Part shown: piece by piece, positions 38,955 through 50,362 of the stretch | Numbering within the stretch: position 1 is the stretch's first letter | Layout: the number at the start of each line of letters is the position of its first letter | Origin: Candidatus Multivoraceae bacterium | Lineage (GTDB): Bacteria > Acidobacteriota > Thermoanaerobaculia > Multivoradales > Multivoraceae | Assembly (NCBI GenBank): GCA_965219625.1 | Contig: OZ244782.1 | Span: forward strand, 1,764,964 to 1,828,963 | Length of the DNA stretch: 64,000 bases | Reading direction: 5' to 3' | Translations under genes and position numbers: made by a program | The notes under the pieces: generated by a model | Databases searched by the model: none | What the model saw: only the letters and a program-made list of their open reading frames with translations | Told to the model about the DNA's origin: nothing

Positions 38955-39911
38955 TCAACGCTGAACTCTCTTTGTGACGGGACAGGAGATGCTCGTGGGC
39001 GTCCATCCTTGGCCGGGCCTCTCGGCAACTTCGAGGACCCGGCAACCAGACGATTCATACTCTCCCAACCTCTCGACGAACTCAACTCGCTCCCGGGAAC
39101 CATGTTCCTGGAGTACAAGGCTAGAGGTTACGTCGATCAACCCCCCAGAGACCGCACCGTTCACTCGCTCGTAGAGCTCCGAGAGGCTCAAGGGAGGGTT
39201 GGTGAAGTTCGGGAAGAAGTTCCAACGGAGAGTGTCTCGTTCTTCGACCAAGGCTAGATGGCCAATACGGTCCCACCAATGCCCTACCCGGACCACGCCA
39301 TGATCGCCCCATTCACCCAGGAGCACCACCCGGTCCCCGCTGATTGGACTGACACCCACCGACTCTGAAGGAGTGACCGCGCAGAAGACGCGGCCGTGGA
39401 CTACTAGTCGGTTTGCTGGAGCCAAGGCATAGGCGGGCGTCGCCGATCTTCCATGCAGAGGCACAACTTCGGTCAAAGCGAACAGGGTCCCCGGGTTGCC
39501 GTTCTCAAAAAAGCCGGGCGTAGCCTCTGCCAACGTGGCGGTCACTGCCACCTCCGCCAGCAGCAGCGCCGAGATGAAGCGGCCGTCTTGCTCAGTCTGC
39601 ACGTAGGAGCCCCTAGGGGCTTTCGACAAAGCACACCACTCGTCAGTATCGGCAACTTCACCGTCCCGCAGCCCATGATCAACGCGGCTGCTTTGAATCT
39701 GCCAATCAAGACCTCTGCGCAGCCGGTCATGGACCCCCGCAGCCTTCACCAAACCGGCAGGTGTCAGCACCTGCGAGGCAGCGACCCATTCGTAGCCCCT
39801 TTCGGGATCGTAGGTTCCCCAAGTCTCGAGGTTGGCGCCTGATCGAGCTGGCAGTGCAGGCAGCAACACGGCCAATGCGATCACTACAGGATGTAGGGGA
39901 TTACGCTTCAT
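38955..39911 (-). CDS. Hypothetical secreted protein
   Basis: Signal peptide MKRNPLHPVVIALAVLLPALPA, AAGGAGG upstream, atypical codon usage. Confidence 0.7.
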   Translation of the reverse strand: MKRNPLHPVVIALAVLLPALPARSGANLETWGTYDPERGYEWVAASQVLTPAGLVKAAGVHDRLRRGLDWQIQSSRVDHGLRDGEVADTDEWCALSKAPRGSYVQTEQDGRFISALLLAEVAVTATLAEATPGFFENGNPGTLFALTEVVPLHGRSATPAYALAPANRLVVHGRVFCAVTPSESVGVSPISGDRVVLLGEWGDHGVVRVGHWWDRIGHLALVEERDTLRWNFFPNFTNPPLSLSELYERVNGAVSGGLIDVTSSLVLQEHGSRERVEFVERLGEYESSGCRVLEVAERPGQGWTPTSISCPVTKRVQR

Positions 39912-39938
39912 TGAACTCGGCCCTCCTTCGTCGGTTCC

Positions 39939-40376
39939 GCGGAACCTGTCAACGACTTTGGCACAGCGGGTTTCTGGATTTAGCGAGTCGTTTCTGCTGT
40001 CTCGGGGGCGGGTTTGTTGATCCAGACGGTTCGGGGGAGTGGGTTCGTGTTGGGGCGGTCCGCCGACGAACCGCTCCGGGTGGCGTCTCCAGGCGGCGGT
40101 CAGGGTGGACTGGCGCTGTTCGATGACGGCATCGGCCTTTCCGTAGTGCACGGTCTCAGGCGTGAGCATGGCGATTCCTGCATGGCGATGCTCGTGGTTG
40201 TACCAGGGGAAGAAGGACCTGCAGAAGTCGGTCGCCGCGGCTTGCTCGGGAAAGCGGTCGGGGAAGCCAGGGTGGTACTTCAGCGTCTTGAACCGAGCTT
40301 CGGAGTAGGGGTTGTCGTCACTGACTTGCGGGCGACCGAGCGAGCGGACGACGCCGAGTCGAGCGAGCAGCTGTGA
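39939..40376 (-). mobile_element. Second IS3-family transposase remnant with right end
   Basis: GRPQVSDDNPYSEARFKTLKY...WYNHEHRHAGI...TPETVHYG...HPERF; end sequence TGTGCCAAAGTCGTTGACAGGTTCCGC. Confidence 0.85.
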
Positions 40377-40399
40377 GTTCCCGCCGAGGTCCATAGCGA

Positions 40400-40490
40400 G
40401 CAGGGGCTTCCGGCGAAGCAACCCTTCGTCGGTCTCGGCCGTCCCGCAGCCCATGATCAGCGCGGCTGTTTGGATCTGCCACTCAACACC
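40400..40490 (-). repeat. Degenerate copy of part of the 38955-39911 gene
   Basis: 40439-40490 matches 39661-39713 at 48 of 53 positions with a 1-nt gap (manual alignment). Confidence 0.85.
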
Positions 40491-40570
40491 GCAGAACAAC
40501 ACCAGGCGCAAGCCTCCTCAAGGAACCCGCATATCACGGGTTGTCCCATCCCGTAGCCGTGGCGTTCGCG

Positions 40571-41449
40571 CTAACCCGCCCGTTCCGCCCGGAGTCGGGC
40601 GATGACCTTGGCCACGTCGTAGCGATCATCTCCCTCATACCGCGGCGCCTGCTCGGCGAATGCGGCTTCGACATCCTCCCACCGGGTGCGCGCGAAATCG
40701 ATGACGTGCGGGTGCGTCAGCAGATAGAAGCGGTCCTCCCGGATCTGCTGGAGCACGATAGCGGCCGCTTCGTCCGCCGCCATTGCGTGTTCCTCGCTGA
40801 GCTTGCCGCCCGCCGGATTCGCGTCCCGAGGTCCCCCAAGATGGTCCGGTCGCCGTTCGGACGAGCGCCAGATACTCGTCGCCACCCAGCCGGGGCAGAA
40901 CACGCTGACGCCGACATGGTCCGGCAGTTCCGCGCGGAGCACGTCGGAGATCGCGAGAACCGCATGCTTGGAGGCGGTGTAGACGGCGGAGCCGGCAAAC
41001 GGAGTGCCGAGACTGTGCTCCGAGCCCGTGTTGATGATCCGGCTCTCGCGCTCACCCTCGATGAACCGCGGCGCGAAGACGCGGATGCCGTTGAGCACCC
41101 CCTCGACGTTCACGCCGAGCACCCAGCGCACGTCGTCCGCGGTGAACCCGAACGCCGGAGCACGCCCAGCCCCGACGCCGGCGTTGTTGAACAGCAACTC
41201 GACGGTCCCGAAGGCGCCCCAGGCCTCGTCTGCCAGCCGTTCGATGTCCTCCTCCCGCGCCACGTCGACCTGTGCCGCGAGCGCTCGGACCCCGAACGAC
41301 TCCGCTTCGCGCGCGACACGCGATGCCGCCTCCTCTTCCAGGTCGGCGATGGCGACATTCGCACCTTCGCGAGCCAATGCCAGGGCGATGGCCCGGCCGA
41401 TTCCGTTGCCGCCACCGGTGACGACCGCCGAACAGCCGTTGACTTCCAT
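40571..41449 (-). CDS. Short-chain dehydrogenase/reductase
   Basis: TGGGNGIG, NNAG, NTGS, YTASK. Confidence 0.93.
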   Translation of the reverse strand: MEVNGCSAVVTGGGNGIGRAIALALAREGANVAIADLEEEAASRVAREAESFGVRALAAQVDVAREEDIERLADEAWGAFGTVELLFNNAGVGAGRAPAFGFTADDVRWVLGVNVEGVLNGIRVFAPRFIEGERESRIINTGSEHSLGTPFAGSAVYTASKHAVLAISDVLRAELPDHVGVSVFCPGWVATSIWRSSERRPDHLGGPRDANPAGGKLSEEHAMAADEAAAIVLQQIREDRFYLLTHPHVIDFARTRWEDVEAAFAEQAPRYEGDDRYDVAKVIARLRAERAG

Positions 41450-41589
41450 CGTCGCGTGATTCTCCGTTGACCTCGTGGCGGGCGATCCCAGGGGCCTCCC
41501 GGATGCAGCGTGCGAGTATAGTCCTGCGCTGTCACCCAGCACGCCGCACGACGTTACACGGGAGATCGAGAGCCCGGGGGAGAGGGAGA

Positions 41590-42834
41590 GTGATCAGCGG
41601 ACGAAGACCTGCCGCATGGTTCCTTGGAATGACGCTTGGGCCCGTGACTGCAGTGCAGGCGAACGACTGGCTGCAATGGCGGGGACCCGACCGGGCCGGA
41701 ATCTCGACGGAGACAGGCCTGCTCGACGAGTGGCCGCCCGAGGGCCCGCCGGTCAATTGGCAGATCGAGACGCTAGGCCACGGCTACGGAACGGTTGCCG
41801 TCGAAGGCGATGCAATCTACGTGCAGGGCACAAGGGATGGTCAGAGCGCGGTCTTTCGCCTGCGCGCGAGCGATGGAGGCGAGGTCTGGGTCCGGAAGCT
41901 GGGGCCGCTCTACGACCACCCGAACAGAGGGGACGGGCCACGCTCCGTGCCGACCGTTCACGGCGACTCGCTCTACGTCCTCAACGCGATGGGCGAAGCG
42001 GCGAGGCTCGAGAAAAGCTCGGGAGACGTCGTCTGGCAGTTCAACATGCTGAACCGCTTCGGCAGCCCGAACACCCGCTGGGGCATCAGCGAGTCTCCGC
42101 TTGTCGTTCGCGATCGCGTATTCGTCATGCCGGGCGGAAGAGGCGGCGCGATTGCGGCACTCTCGGCAGCCGACGGCAGCACGATCTGGCGTTCCAGCGA
42201 ACTGGGCGACGTCGCCTCCTACTCGTCACTCATCCTGCGCGAGATCGCGGGTACCGAGGTGCTGCTCGGGTTTACGGGCGAGGCCGGAGTCGGCGTTCGG
42301 GCAGACGACGGAGCTCTTCTCTGGCGCTACGAGAGACCGTCGACCGTGAACGCGATCAACATCACGACCCCGGTGCTTGAAGGCAACCTCGCGTTCTACT
42401 CGGCGTCATACGGCATCGGCGGGGGGGCGCTCACGATCACCGCCGATGGCGAGGGCGGCGACTTTCAGAGCGAGGAGGCGTACTTCGGAACGCGTCTTCA
42501 GAATCACCACGGCGGCGTGATCGCGCACGAGGGGACTCTCTACAGTTTCTTCGGCCCGGCACTCACTGCGGTCGACGCGAAGACGGGGGAGGTCCACTGG
42601 CGAGCCCGAAGCGTCGGCAAGGGGTCACTCGTGATGGCCGACGGCAAGCTGTTCCTGCTGAGCGAGCGGAACCAGGTCGGTCTCGCCGTCGCCACGCCGA
42701 ACGGCTACGAGGAGCGCGGCCGGTTCGAAATCGAGGACCGCGGAGGCCCCACCTGGGCCCATCCAGTGGTCGCCCATGGAGCGTTCTACATCCGCGACCA
42801 GGCGTCGCTGACCTCGTATGACGTCTCGAAGTAA
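41590..42834 (+). CDS. PQQ-binding-like beta-propeller repeat protein
   Basis: DWLQWRGPDRAG, repeated G..VW blades, TWAHPVV; start uncertain. Confidence 0.85.
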   Translation: MISGRRPAAWFLGMTLGPVTAVQANDWLQWRGPDRAGISTETGLLDEWPPEGPPVNWQIETLGHGYGTVAVEGDAIYVQGTRDGQSAVFRLRASDGGEVWVRKLGPLYDHPNRGDGPRSVPTVHGDSLYVLNAMGEAARLEKSSGDVVWQFNMLNRFGSPNTRWGISESPLVVRDRVFVMPGGRGGAIAALSAADGSTIWRSSELGDVASYSSLILREIAGTEVLLGFTGEAGVGVRADDGALLWRYERPSTVNAINITTPVLEGNLAFYSASYGIGGGALTITADGEGGDFQSEEAYFGTRLQNHHGGVIAHEGTLYSFFGPALTAVDAKTGEVHWRARSVGKGSLVMADGKLFLLSERNQVGLAVATPNGYEERGRFEIEDRGGPTWAHPVVAHGAFYIRDQASLTSYDVSK

Positions 42835-42856
42835 CCAAGCAGGAGGAATCCGACGG

Positions 42857-44464
42857 ATGAGCGCTCGCTTTCGCCGCCGCCTCGGGCTGGCGCTCGTCTC
42901 CACGAGCCTGCTTGCCGCCGTTGCGGTAGCCGCCCAGCAGATCCCACGACTCGTCAAGCTGACGACGAGCGGCTACGTCATCGGCTACATCTCGGAAGAC
43001 GACGCCTCCGTCCGAGTCTTCCTCGGCATCCCCTATGCCGAACCGCCGGTCGGGGACTTGCGTTTTCGGCCGCCGCGGCCCGCGACGCCGCCGGAGGTAC
43101 CCATCGACGCGCTCGTCGAGCCTCCGTCCTGCATGCAGGCGCCCTACCCGGAGGGTTCCTTCTACGCTTCGCCTCTTGTCGAAGTCGGCGAGGACTGCCT
43201 CTACCTGAACATCTGGACCGCCGCCGAGGCGGAGAACGACCTGCGGCCGGTCATGGTCTGGATCCACGGCGGCGCGCTGACTCGCGGCTCGGGGTCACTG
43301 CCGCTCTACGACGGGACGGCGTTGGCGAAGAAGGGCGTCGTCGTCGTGACGATGAACTACCGGCTCGGAGCGTTCGGCTATCTCGCCCATCCGGCGCTGT
43401 CGGCAGAGTCCGAGCGGGGCGCGTCAGGGAACTACGGCGTGCTCGACCAGATCCTCGCCCTCGAGTGGGTGCGGGACAACATCGCAAACTTCGGCGGCGA
43501 CCCCGAGCGGGTGACGATCTTCGGGGAATCGGCCGGATCCTGGAGCGTCAACGCGCTCCAGGCGTCGCCGCTGGCGAAGGGCCTCTTTCACCGCGTGATC
43601 GGCCAGAGCGGCGGCTTGTTCGACGGCCTGCCGGAGCTCGGGCCGGCTGAGGAACAGGGGACGGCGGAGAGCGCCGGCGTCGCATTCGTCAAGCGGCTCG
43701 GGATCGAAGGGGAAGGTGCGGCGGCCCGGCTTCGGGAACTCGACGCCGAGACGATCCTCGCCGAGGCCTCGAAGCAGGGGGCCTTCGCCACCAGGCCGAA
43801 CATCGACGGCTGGGTGTTGCCAAAGCAGATCGCTGCCGTCTATCGGGCCGGCGAGCAGGCCGACGTGCCCGTGCTCGTCGGCTCGAACCGCGACGAAGCA
43901 ACCAGCCTGATGGGCCGGATGCTGCCGTCCACGAAGGCGGCCGTCGAGTTCCTCGTGAAGAGCCAGTTCCCGGACGTCGCCGACGAGTTCTTCGAGGTTT
44001 ATCCGGTGGCGACGGACGCCGACGCGAGGAGGGCCTTCATCGACGCTTTCTCCGATCGCATCTTCGCCTGGCACATGAAGACCTGGGCGACACTCTCGGA
44101 GACGGTAGACGCACCCGCCTATCTCTACTTCTTCACCCATGCTCCGCCTCACCCCGAGAAGGACTTCTTCGGCGCCTACCATGCGGCCGAGATCGCCTAC
44201 GCGTTCGACAACCTGGACCAGCTGGACTACGAGTACGCAGAGGAGGACCGTCGGCTGGCGGAAGCGATGTCGAGCTACTGGGTCGCCTTCGCGGCGACCG
44301 GCGACCCGAACTCGTCTGGAAGACCGGACCTCGCGGCGTGGCCAGAGTTCGAGAGAGGCTCGGCGCACCACCTCGAACTCGGCCCGGCGATCGAGGCCGG
44401 AAGCAGGCTCCACGAGGAGCGCATGAAGCTATGGGATCGCTTTTTCGAGGTGACCCAGCCATGA
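42857..44464 (+). CDS. Carboxylesterase type B, exported
   Basis: FLGIPYAEPPVGDLRF, EDCLYLNIW, WIHGG, FGESAG, YHAAEI. Confidence 0.93.
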   Translation: MSARFRRRLGLALVSTSLLAAVAVAAQQIPRLVKLTTSGYVIGYISEDDASVRVFLGIPYAEPPVGDLRFRPPRPATPPEVPIDALVEPPSCMQAPYPEGSFYASPLVEVGEDCLYLNIWTAAEAENDLRPVMVWIHGGALTRGSGSLPLYDGTALAKKGVVVVTMNYRLGAFGYLAHPALSAESERGASGNYGVLDQILALEWVRDNIANFGGDPERVTIFGESAGSWSVNALQASPLAKGLFHRVIGQSGGLFDGLPELGPAEEQGTAESAGVAFVKRLGIEGEGAAARLRELDAETILAEASKQGAFATRPNIDGWVLPKQIAAVYRAGEQADVPVLVGSNRDEATSLMGRMLPSTKAAVEFLVKSQFPDVADEFFEVYPVATDADARRAFIDAFSDRIFAWHMKTWATLSETVDAPAYLYFFTHAPPHPEKDFFGAYHAAEIAYAFDNLDQLDYEYAEEDRRLAEAMSSYWVAFAATGDPNSSGRPDLAAWPEFERGSAHHLELGPAIEAGSRLHEERMKLWDRFFEVTQP

Positions 44465-44838
44465 AGCGGCGCGGACTCGTCCTCGTTCTCGGCATCCTGC
44501 TGCCACTCGGCGCGGCGGCGCAGCAGCAGGCCGACCCTCCGCCGCCGCTCCACATCGTCGGCCTGACAGGCCTGTCCTTTGGCGCCTGGATCGAGCCCGA
44601 GACGAAAATGGAGGACTGGGTCCAGATGGCCAGGTTCGTCTGCCAGGGCGAGGAGTTCTGCAAGATGAACGTGTTCGACGATCCAGAGCTCGCAACTCAC
44701 GTCGATCCGGTGCCCGAAGAGAACCGCGAGGCTCTGAAGTACGTCTTCACCTACCAGCAGGGAGAAACTCCGCCGATCGTCGTCCGCGAGGCGCATCCCG
44801 ACGAGGGGCAAGAACGCCGCGAGTGGACCTTCGACTAG
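44461..44838 (+). CDS. Hypothetical secreted protein
   Basis: Signal peptide MKRRGLVLVLGILLPLGAAA; ATGA overlap with esterase stop. Confidence 0.7.
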   Translation: MKRRGLVLVLGILLPLGAAAQQQADPPPPLHIVGLTGLSFGAWIEPETKMEDWVQMARFVCQGEEFCKMNVFDDPELATHVDPVPEENREALKYVFTYQQGETPPIVVREAHPDEGQERREWTFD

Positions 44839-44847
44839 CGACAGCTG

Positions 44848-46335
<1,488 letters not shown>

Positions 46336-46432
46336 GTTCGTGTCTCCCGCCGTCGAGCGTACTAGTAGAGCCGCCAACCGCTCGCAGCCTCGCTGTTTGG
46401 CCCCAGCCCTCGGAGTCGCCAGAGGTCGATCC

Positions 46433-47059
46433 TCAATCGGGCGGTCGCTCCTCCGCCACGACGTCGCGCTCGCAGTCGTCGTAACGCCAGTGCCAGGGTT
46501 CCCAGTCGAAGCCGCCAGCATTGCCGAGCGGGTAGCTCTCGGTGAAACAGAAGTCGGCGGCGTGGCGCTTCAGCCACTGGTACGCCGCCGTGTCCTTGAA
46601 GTCTGCGTCGCTGGGCACGAAGTCGAGGGCGCGCCCGGTGATGTGCTCGGAGTAGCCGGGTGGCGCGGTCCAGCGAACGGCGTTGAGGAACGGCCGGCCA
46701 TCCGCGAGGAGGCCTTCCAGCAACTGCTTCTGAAAGCCGTAGCTGCGGAAACCGGAGTCCACCCGTAGCGCGACCCCGGCGTTCCGTGCGGCCGCAGCCA
46801 TCGCGACGACCGCGTCGCGCGTTCCCGGAGTGACATAGATGCCGAGTTCTCCGGCCAGCTCGCTGGGCGCCTTGGCGAGTTTCGCCGGGTTCGCGGCCTC
46901 TTCGATGCGTTTGCCCCGCCACGGCGGCGGCACGTCGTAGTCGACACCGTTCAGTTCGACTCGCTCGTTCGCCCCGTGTTCCGGCTGAGCCGCGGCAGGA
47001 ACTACCGCGAGGAGGACGGAGACGCCGACAGGTGCTAGGATGTCGGACCGTTCAAGCAT
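46433..47059 (-). CDS. D-alanyl-D-alanine carboxypeptidase (M15B, VanY-like)
   Basis: SGFRS, APPGYSEHITGRALD, EPWHWRY; start uncertain. Confidence 0.9.
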   Translation of the reverse strand: MLERSDILAPVGVSVLLAVVPAAAQPEHGANERVELNGVDYDVPPPWRGKRIEEAANPAKLAKAPSELAGELGIYVTPGTRDAVVAMAAAARNAGVALRVDSGFRSYGFQKQLLEGLLADGRPFLNAVRWTAPPGYSEHITGRALDFVPSDADFKDTAAYQWLKRHAADFCFTESYPLGNAGGFDWEPWHWRYDDCERDVVAEERPPD

Positions 47060-47092
47060 CCAGTCCATCTTCTCCGAACAAGGACTCACGCC

Positions 47093-48166
47093 ATGCGCAA
47101 CGCCACTCTCGCCTCGCTCGCCCTGTTTCTCGTCGCTCTTCCGGCACTCTCAGCGGAAGGAGACGGTATCAAGCGGATGCCGAACGGCAAGCCCGATCTA
47201 TCGGGCGTCTACGACGCCGGCACGGTCACTCCGGTCGATCGTCCGCCGCAGTACGGCGACAACCTCTACCTGACGACCGAGGAAGCGCAGGCCCTCGAAG
47301 AGGAGAGAGACGAGTTCTGGCGGTCCGTCGAGGAGGCGAGGAAGGGCGGCGGCGCCGACCGGACCGCGCCCGTCAAGGGCGGTGACGGTGACAACCGTTT
47401 CGGCGGCGGCGGAGTCGGCGGCTACAACGCCTTCTGGATCGACCCGGGCTCCGAGGCGGTTGCGGTGGACGGCAAGTTCCGCACGTCGATCATCTACGAG
47501 CCGAAGAACGGCCGCCGGCCCCAGATGACGCCGGCAGCGATGCGGCGCCTGATGACGAACTTCGCCTCGTTCGCCCACGACAACGATGGCACGGCGTCAT
47601 GGCTCGATCAGGACGGCCCTGGACCTTTCGATGGACCGGAGACCCTCGCCCTGGCGGAGCGTTGCCTCCTCGGCTTCGTCGGTGGACCTCCGCTGCTTCC
47701 CAGCCTTTACAACAACTACGCGCGTATCGTGCAGACCGAAGATCACTTCGTCATCCTGGCCGAGATGGTGCACGACGCCAGGATCGTCCGCATGAACGAC
47801 GAGCACTCGCCCGAGGAGATCGACTGGTGGCTTGGCGACGGCGTCGGCCACTGGGAAGGCGACACCCTGGTCGTCAACACCCGGAACTTCCGGAACGAGA
47901 CCGGGCTCCCCGGTGGCAGCGAGACGATGCATGTCGAGGAGCGGTTCACGCGAACCGAAGACGGCAATCTCCTGTACCACTTCCGGGTCGACGATCCGAA
48001 CTCGTGGGCCGCGCCCTGGGCGGGTGAGTACACCTGGCAGGCGAAGGACAGCCTGGTCTACGAGTACGCCTGCCACGAAGGCAACTACGCGATGGGCAAC
48101 GTCCTGCGCGGCGCTCGTCTGCTCGAATCGGAGTACGACCAGCCGCAGAGTTCCGGCGGGGAGTAA
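47093..48166 (+). CDS. Conserved hypothetical exported protein
   Basis: Signal peptide, GKPDLSGVY, GHWEGDTLVV, YEYACHEGNY. Confidence 0.85.
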   Translation: MRNATLASLALFLVALPALSAEGDGIKRMPNGKPDLSGVYDAGTVTPVDRPPQYGDNLYLTTEEAQALEEERDEFWRSVEEARKGGGADRTAPVKGGDGDNRFGGGGVGGYNAFWIDPGSEAVAVDGKFRTSIIYEPKNGRRPQMTPAAMRRLMTNFASFAHDNDGTASWLDQDGPGPFDGPETLALAERCLLGFVGGPPLLPSLYNNYARIVQTEDHFVILAEMVHDARIVRMNDEHSPEEIDWWLGDGVGHWEGDTLVVNTRNFRNETGLPGGSETMHVEERFTRTEDGNLLYHFRVDDPNSWAAPWAGEYTWQAKDSLVYEYACHEGNYAMGNVLRGARLLESEYDQPQSSGGE

Positions 48167-48225
48167 CGAGCGGATCGAAGCCCTCGGCCCGAAGAGGGTC
48201 GGCTTGGCGGGCTGGCTGTCCGGTC

Positions 48226-49188
48226 TCAGTCGTCCAGGCTGGCCCAGACGTAGCCGATCCAGACCGGTTCGGGGGAGAGCGGTCCGTTGCCGTAGGGCGC
48301 GAACTTCTCCGGCAAACCGTCCCTCTGTACCTCCTCGAGCGACCTCCCGGAGCCCTTCTGTCGGTCGATGTAGTCGATCGTCTCCGCAACGTAGTCGACG
48401 TAGCGCTGCAGGTCCGCCTTCGTCGCCAGCGGCCCGTGGCCCGGGATGATCTTCGTGTCCTCGTCGACGATCTCGAGCAGTCGGGCCATGTTGTCGCGAA
48501 GCCCCAGCGCACTCCCCCCGACATCCCGATCAATGTAGGGGTAGCCGCCAAGGTTGGGAAACTGGTCGCCGGCGTGGACCACATTCGAGTCGCGGAAGAA
48601 GATCGCCGCGTCGCCGTCCGTGTGGGCCGGGTTCCCGAAGTGGATCACGTCGATCGCCTCGCCGTTCCAGTGCAGCGTGACGCTCTCGTTGAACGTGACG
48701 ATCGGCAGCGCCTCGGCTGGGAACGGCGTCGCCGAGAAGTTCGCGCCGGCATGTCGGTTCTCGAGCAGCCGCCTGCGCACATTCGCGTGGGCGACGATCG
48801 CGGAGTCCGCACCGAACGCCGCGTTGCCGCCCGCGTGATCGAAGTGATAATGCGAGTTGACGACGAAGTCGATCCTGCCTTCCTTGATTTCGGCCACCGC
48901 AGCCTTGATCTTCGGGGCCACCGGCATCATCGCGTCGTCTACGATCAGGATGCCGTCTTCGCCGGCGGATACGGCGAGGTTGCCAGCGAGCCCCGGCTCG
49001 GGCAGCAGGAGGTAGACGGTGTCGCTCAACTGAGTCCGCTGCCAGACGATCTGCTCGCCGGCCCGCTTGGCCCAGTCGTCGATGTCGAGTTGAGCGGCAG
49101 ACGGGACCGCCACGCCGATGCTCAGGGCGGCGACCGCGAGGGAGCGGCAGGCGAAAGGGAGGAGCTGCTTCGACGTGTTCCGGGTCAT
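48226..49188 (-). CDS. MBL-fold metallo-hydrolase, exported
   Basis: NSHYHFDHAGGN, AHTDGD, HAGD, IPGHG. Confidence 0.9.
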   Translation of the reverse strand: MTRNTSKQLLPFACRSLAVAALSIGVAVPSAAQLDIDDWAKRAGEQIVWQRTQLSDTVYLLLPEPGLAGNLAVSAGEDGILIVDDAMMPVAPKIKAAVAEIKEGRIDFVVNSHYHFDHAGGNAAFGADSAIVAHANVRRRLLENRHAGANFSATPFPAEALPIVTFNESVTLHWNGEAIDVIHFGNPAHTDGDAAIFFRDSNVVHAGDQFPNLGGYPYIDRDVGGSALGLRDNMARLLEIVDEDTKIIPGHGPLATKADLQRYVDYVAETIDYIDRQKGSGRSLEEVQRDGLPEKFAPYGNGPLSPEPVWIGYVWASLDD

Positions 49189-49287
49189 CGTTCTGTACCT
49201 CGTCGCCCCGCGATGGTTGATTTTTCGCTTGCGGGGCAAGCTGCAAACTACAGGATTCGCCGATGGCCGCAGGCGCCTCGAGGACCT

Positions 49288-49935
49288 TCAGCGCCGCGAG
49301 GCTGGCTGCAGGCCCCGCGACTCCTCCGTCGAGACGAGGGTTACCGGACCCTTCGCGCCTTGGATGACGACCGTAAGCGCGGGCTCTTCCTCGGTCACGT
49401 CCACACGCAGTCCGAGACCGCCGAGCAGTGGACCCAATTCCGCTGCATCCGGCGTTGAAATGCCGAACGAAAGGAGTTCCCCGCCGACCGGTGTCGTCGC
49501 GGCCGGGTGAGGCGAGTCTCTCCAGTCGATGAAGAACGGCATCCCGTAGCCGCCCTCCTGCGGAAACAGCAGATCCCAGACGAGCAGGCCGCCGTCGGCG
49601 GTCCGCCGCCGGGTCTCCACCGGGCCGATCGATGAGATCCCGGCATCCTCGAGCAGGGCCTTCGTCGCCGTGAGATCGCCGCGAGCCGCCCAGGTCACCA
49701 GCCCCCCCGCGCTCATCGCCGCCATGCCGGCGACCATCCGGCTCTCGACCGGCTGGGCCGGGTCCGGTGCGATGATCTCAAGGTAGGTATCGCCGAGGCT
49801 GAGCAGCGCATTCCGGGTTCCGAGCCCCTCGTGCGAACCGCCGAACGCCGGCGCCGCGCCGAAGGCCTCCTCAGCCCACGCGGCGCCGGCGTCGAGAGCC
49901 GCGACCGCGTACATGAAGTGGTCGATCTGCATCAC
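49288..49935 (-). CDS. VOC / glyoxalase-like protein
   Basis: IDH, GGSHEGLGTRNALL, YLEIIAPDP, PFFIDW. Confidence 0.88.
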   Translation of the reverse strand: MMQIDHFMYAVAALDAGAAWAEEAFGAAPAFGGSHEGLGTRNALLSLGDTYLEIIAPDPAQPVESRMVAGMAAMSAGGLVTWAARGDLTATKALLEDAGISSIGPVETRRRTADGGLLVWDLLFPQEGGYGMPFFIDWRDSPHPAATTPVGGELLSFGISTPDAAELGPLLGGLGLRVDVTEEEPALTVVIQGAKGPVTLVSTEESRGLQPASRR

Positions 49936-49987
49936 GAATTCCGGCCGCTAACATATACGGGCCCCGCAGCAGATTGAGGAGTCTGTC

Positions 49988-50359
49988 ATGAGACATTCCA
50001 TCCCGATCATCGCCGCGTTCGTCCTGGCGCTCGCTCCCGCCGCACTGGCCGCTGACAACACCCCGGTTCTCGGCAAGTGGACATCGAAGAGCCAGACACC
50101 CCAAGGCGCGTTCGAGGTCGTATTCGAGTTCACCGAGGTCGACGGCAAGCTGAGCGGCACATGGAGCGGCCCTCGCAGGAGCGGAGAACTGAGCGACGTG
50201 TCCTGGGACAGCGAGACGTTGACCTTCGGCCGGCAGGCCGGGAGGGGCGGCCGGACGTTTCAAATGAAGTACGAGGTGGCGGTCGACGGAGACACGATGA
50301 CCGGCAAGATGACCACCCCCCGAGGCGAGCGCGACTTCACGGCGAACCGCAGCGAGTAG
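49988..50359 (+). CDS. Hypothetical secreted beta-rich protein
   Basis: Signal peptide, GAGGAG upstream, GKW...DGKLSG...DGDTMTG. Confidence 0.8.
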   Translation: MRHSIPIIAAFVLALAPAALAADNTPVLGKWTSKSQTPQGAFEVVFEFTEVDGKLSGTWSGPRRSGELSDVSWDSETLTFGRQAGRGGRTFQMKYEVAVDGDTMTGKMTTPRGERDFTANRSE

Positions 50360-50362
50360 CAA

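Noticed and set aside
38955-40511. 518-aa ORF as a real transposase-secreted protein fusion
   Set aside because: Chance read-through of a degenerate duplicate, a frameshifted IS tail and a gene with its own RBS and signal peptide
34910-40560. Genomic island integrated at tRNA-Arg
   Set aside because: No integrase and no duplicated tRNA 3' end noticed, though not exhaustively searched
46433-49188. VanY-like and MBL-fold genes as antibiotic resistance determinants
   Set aside because: No van cluster; the HxHxDH motif is the generic hydrolase type; both families are widespread
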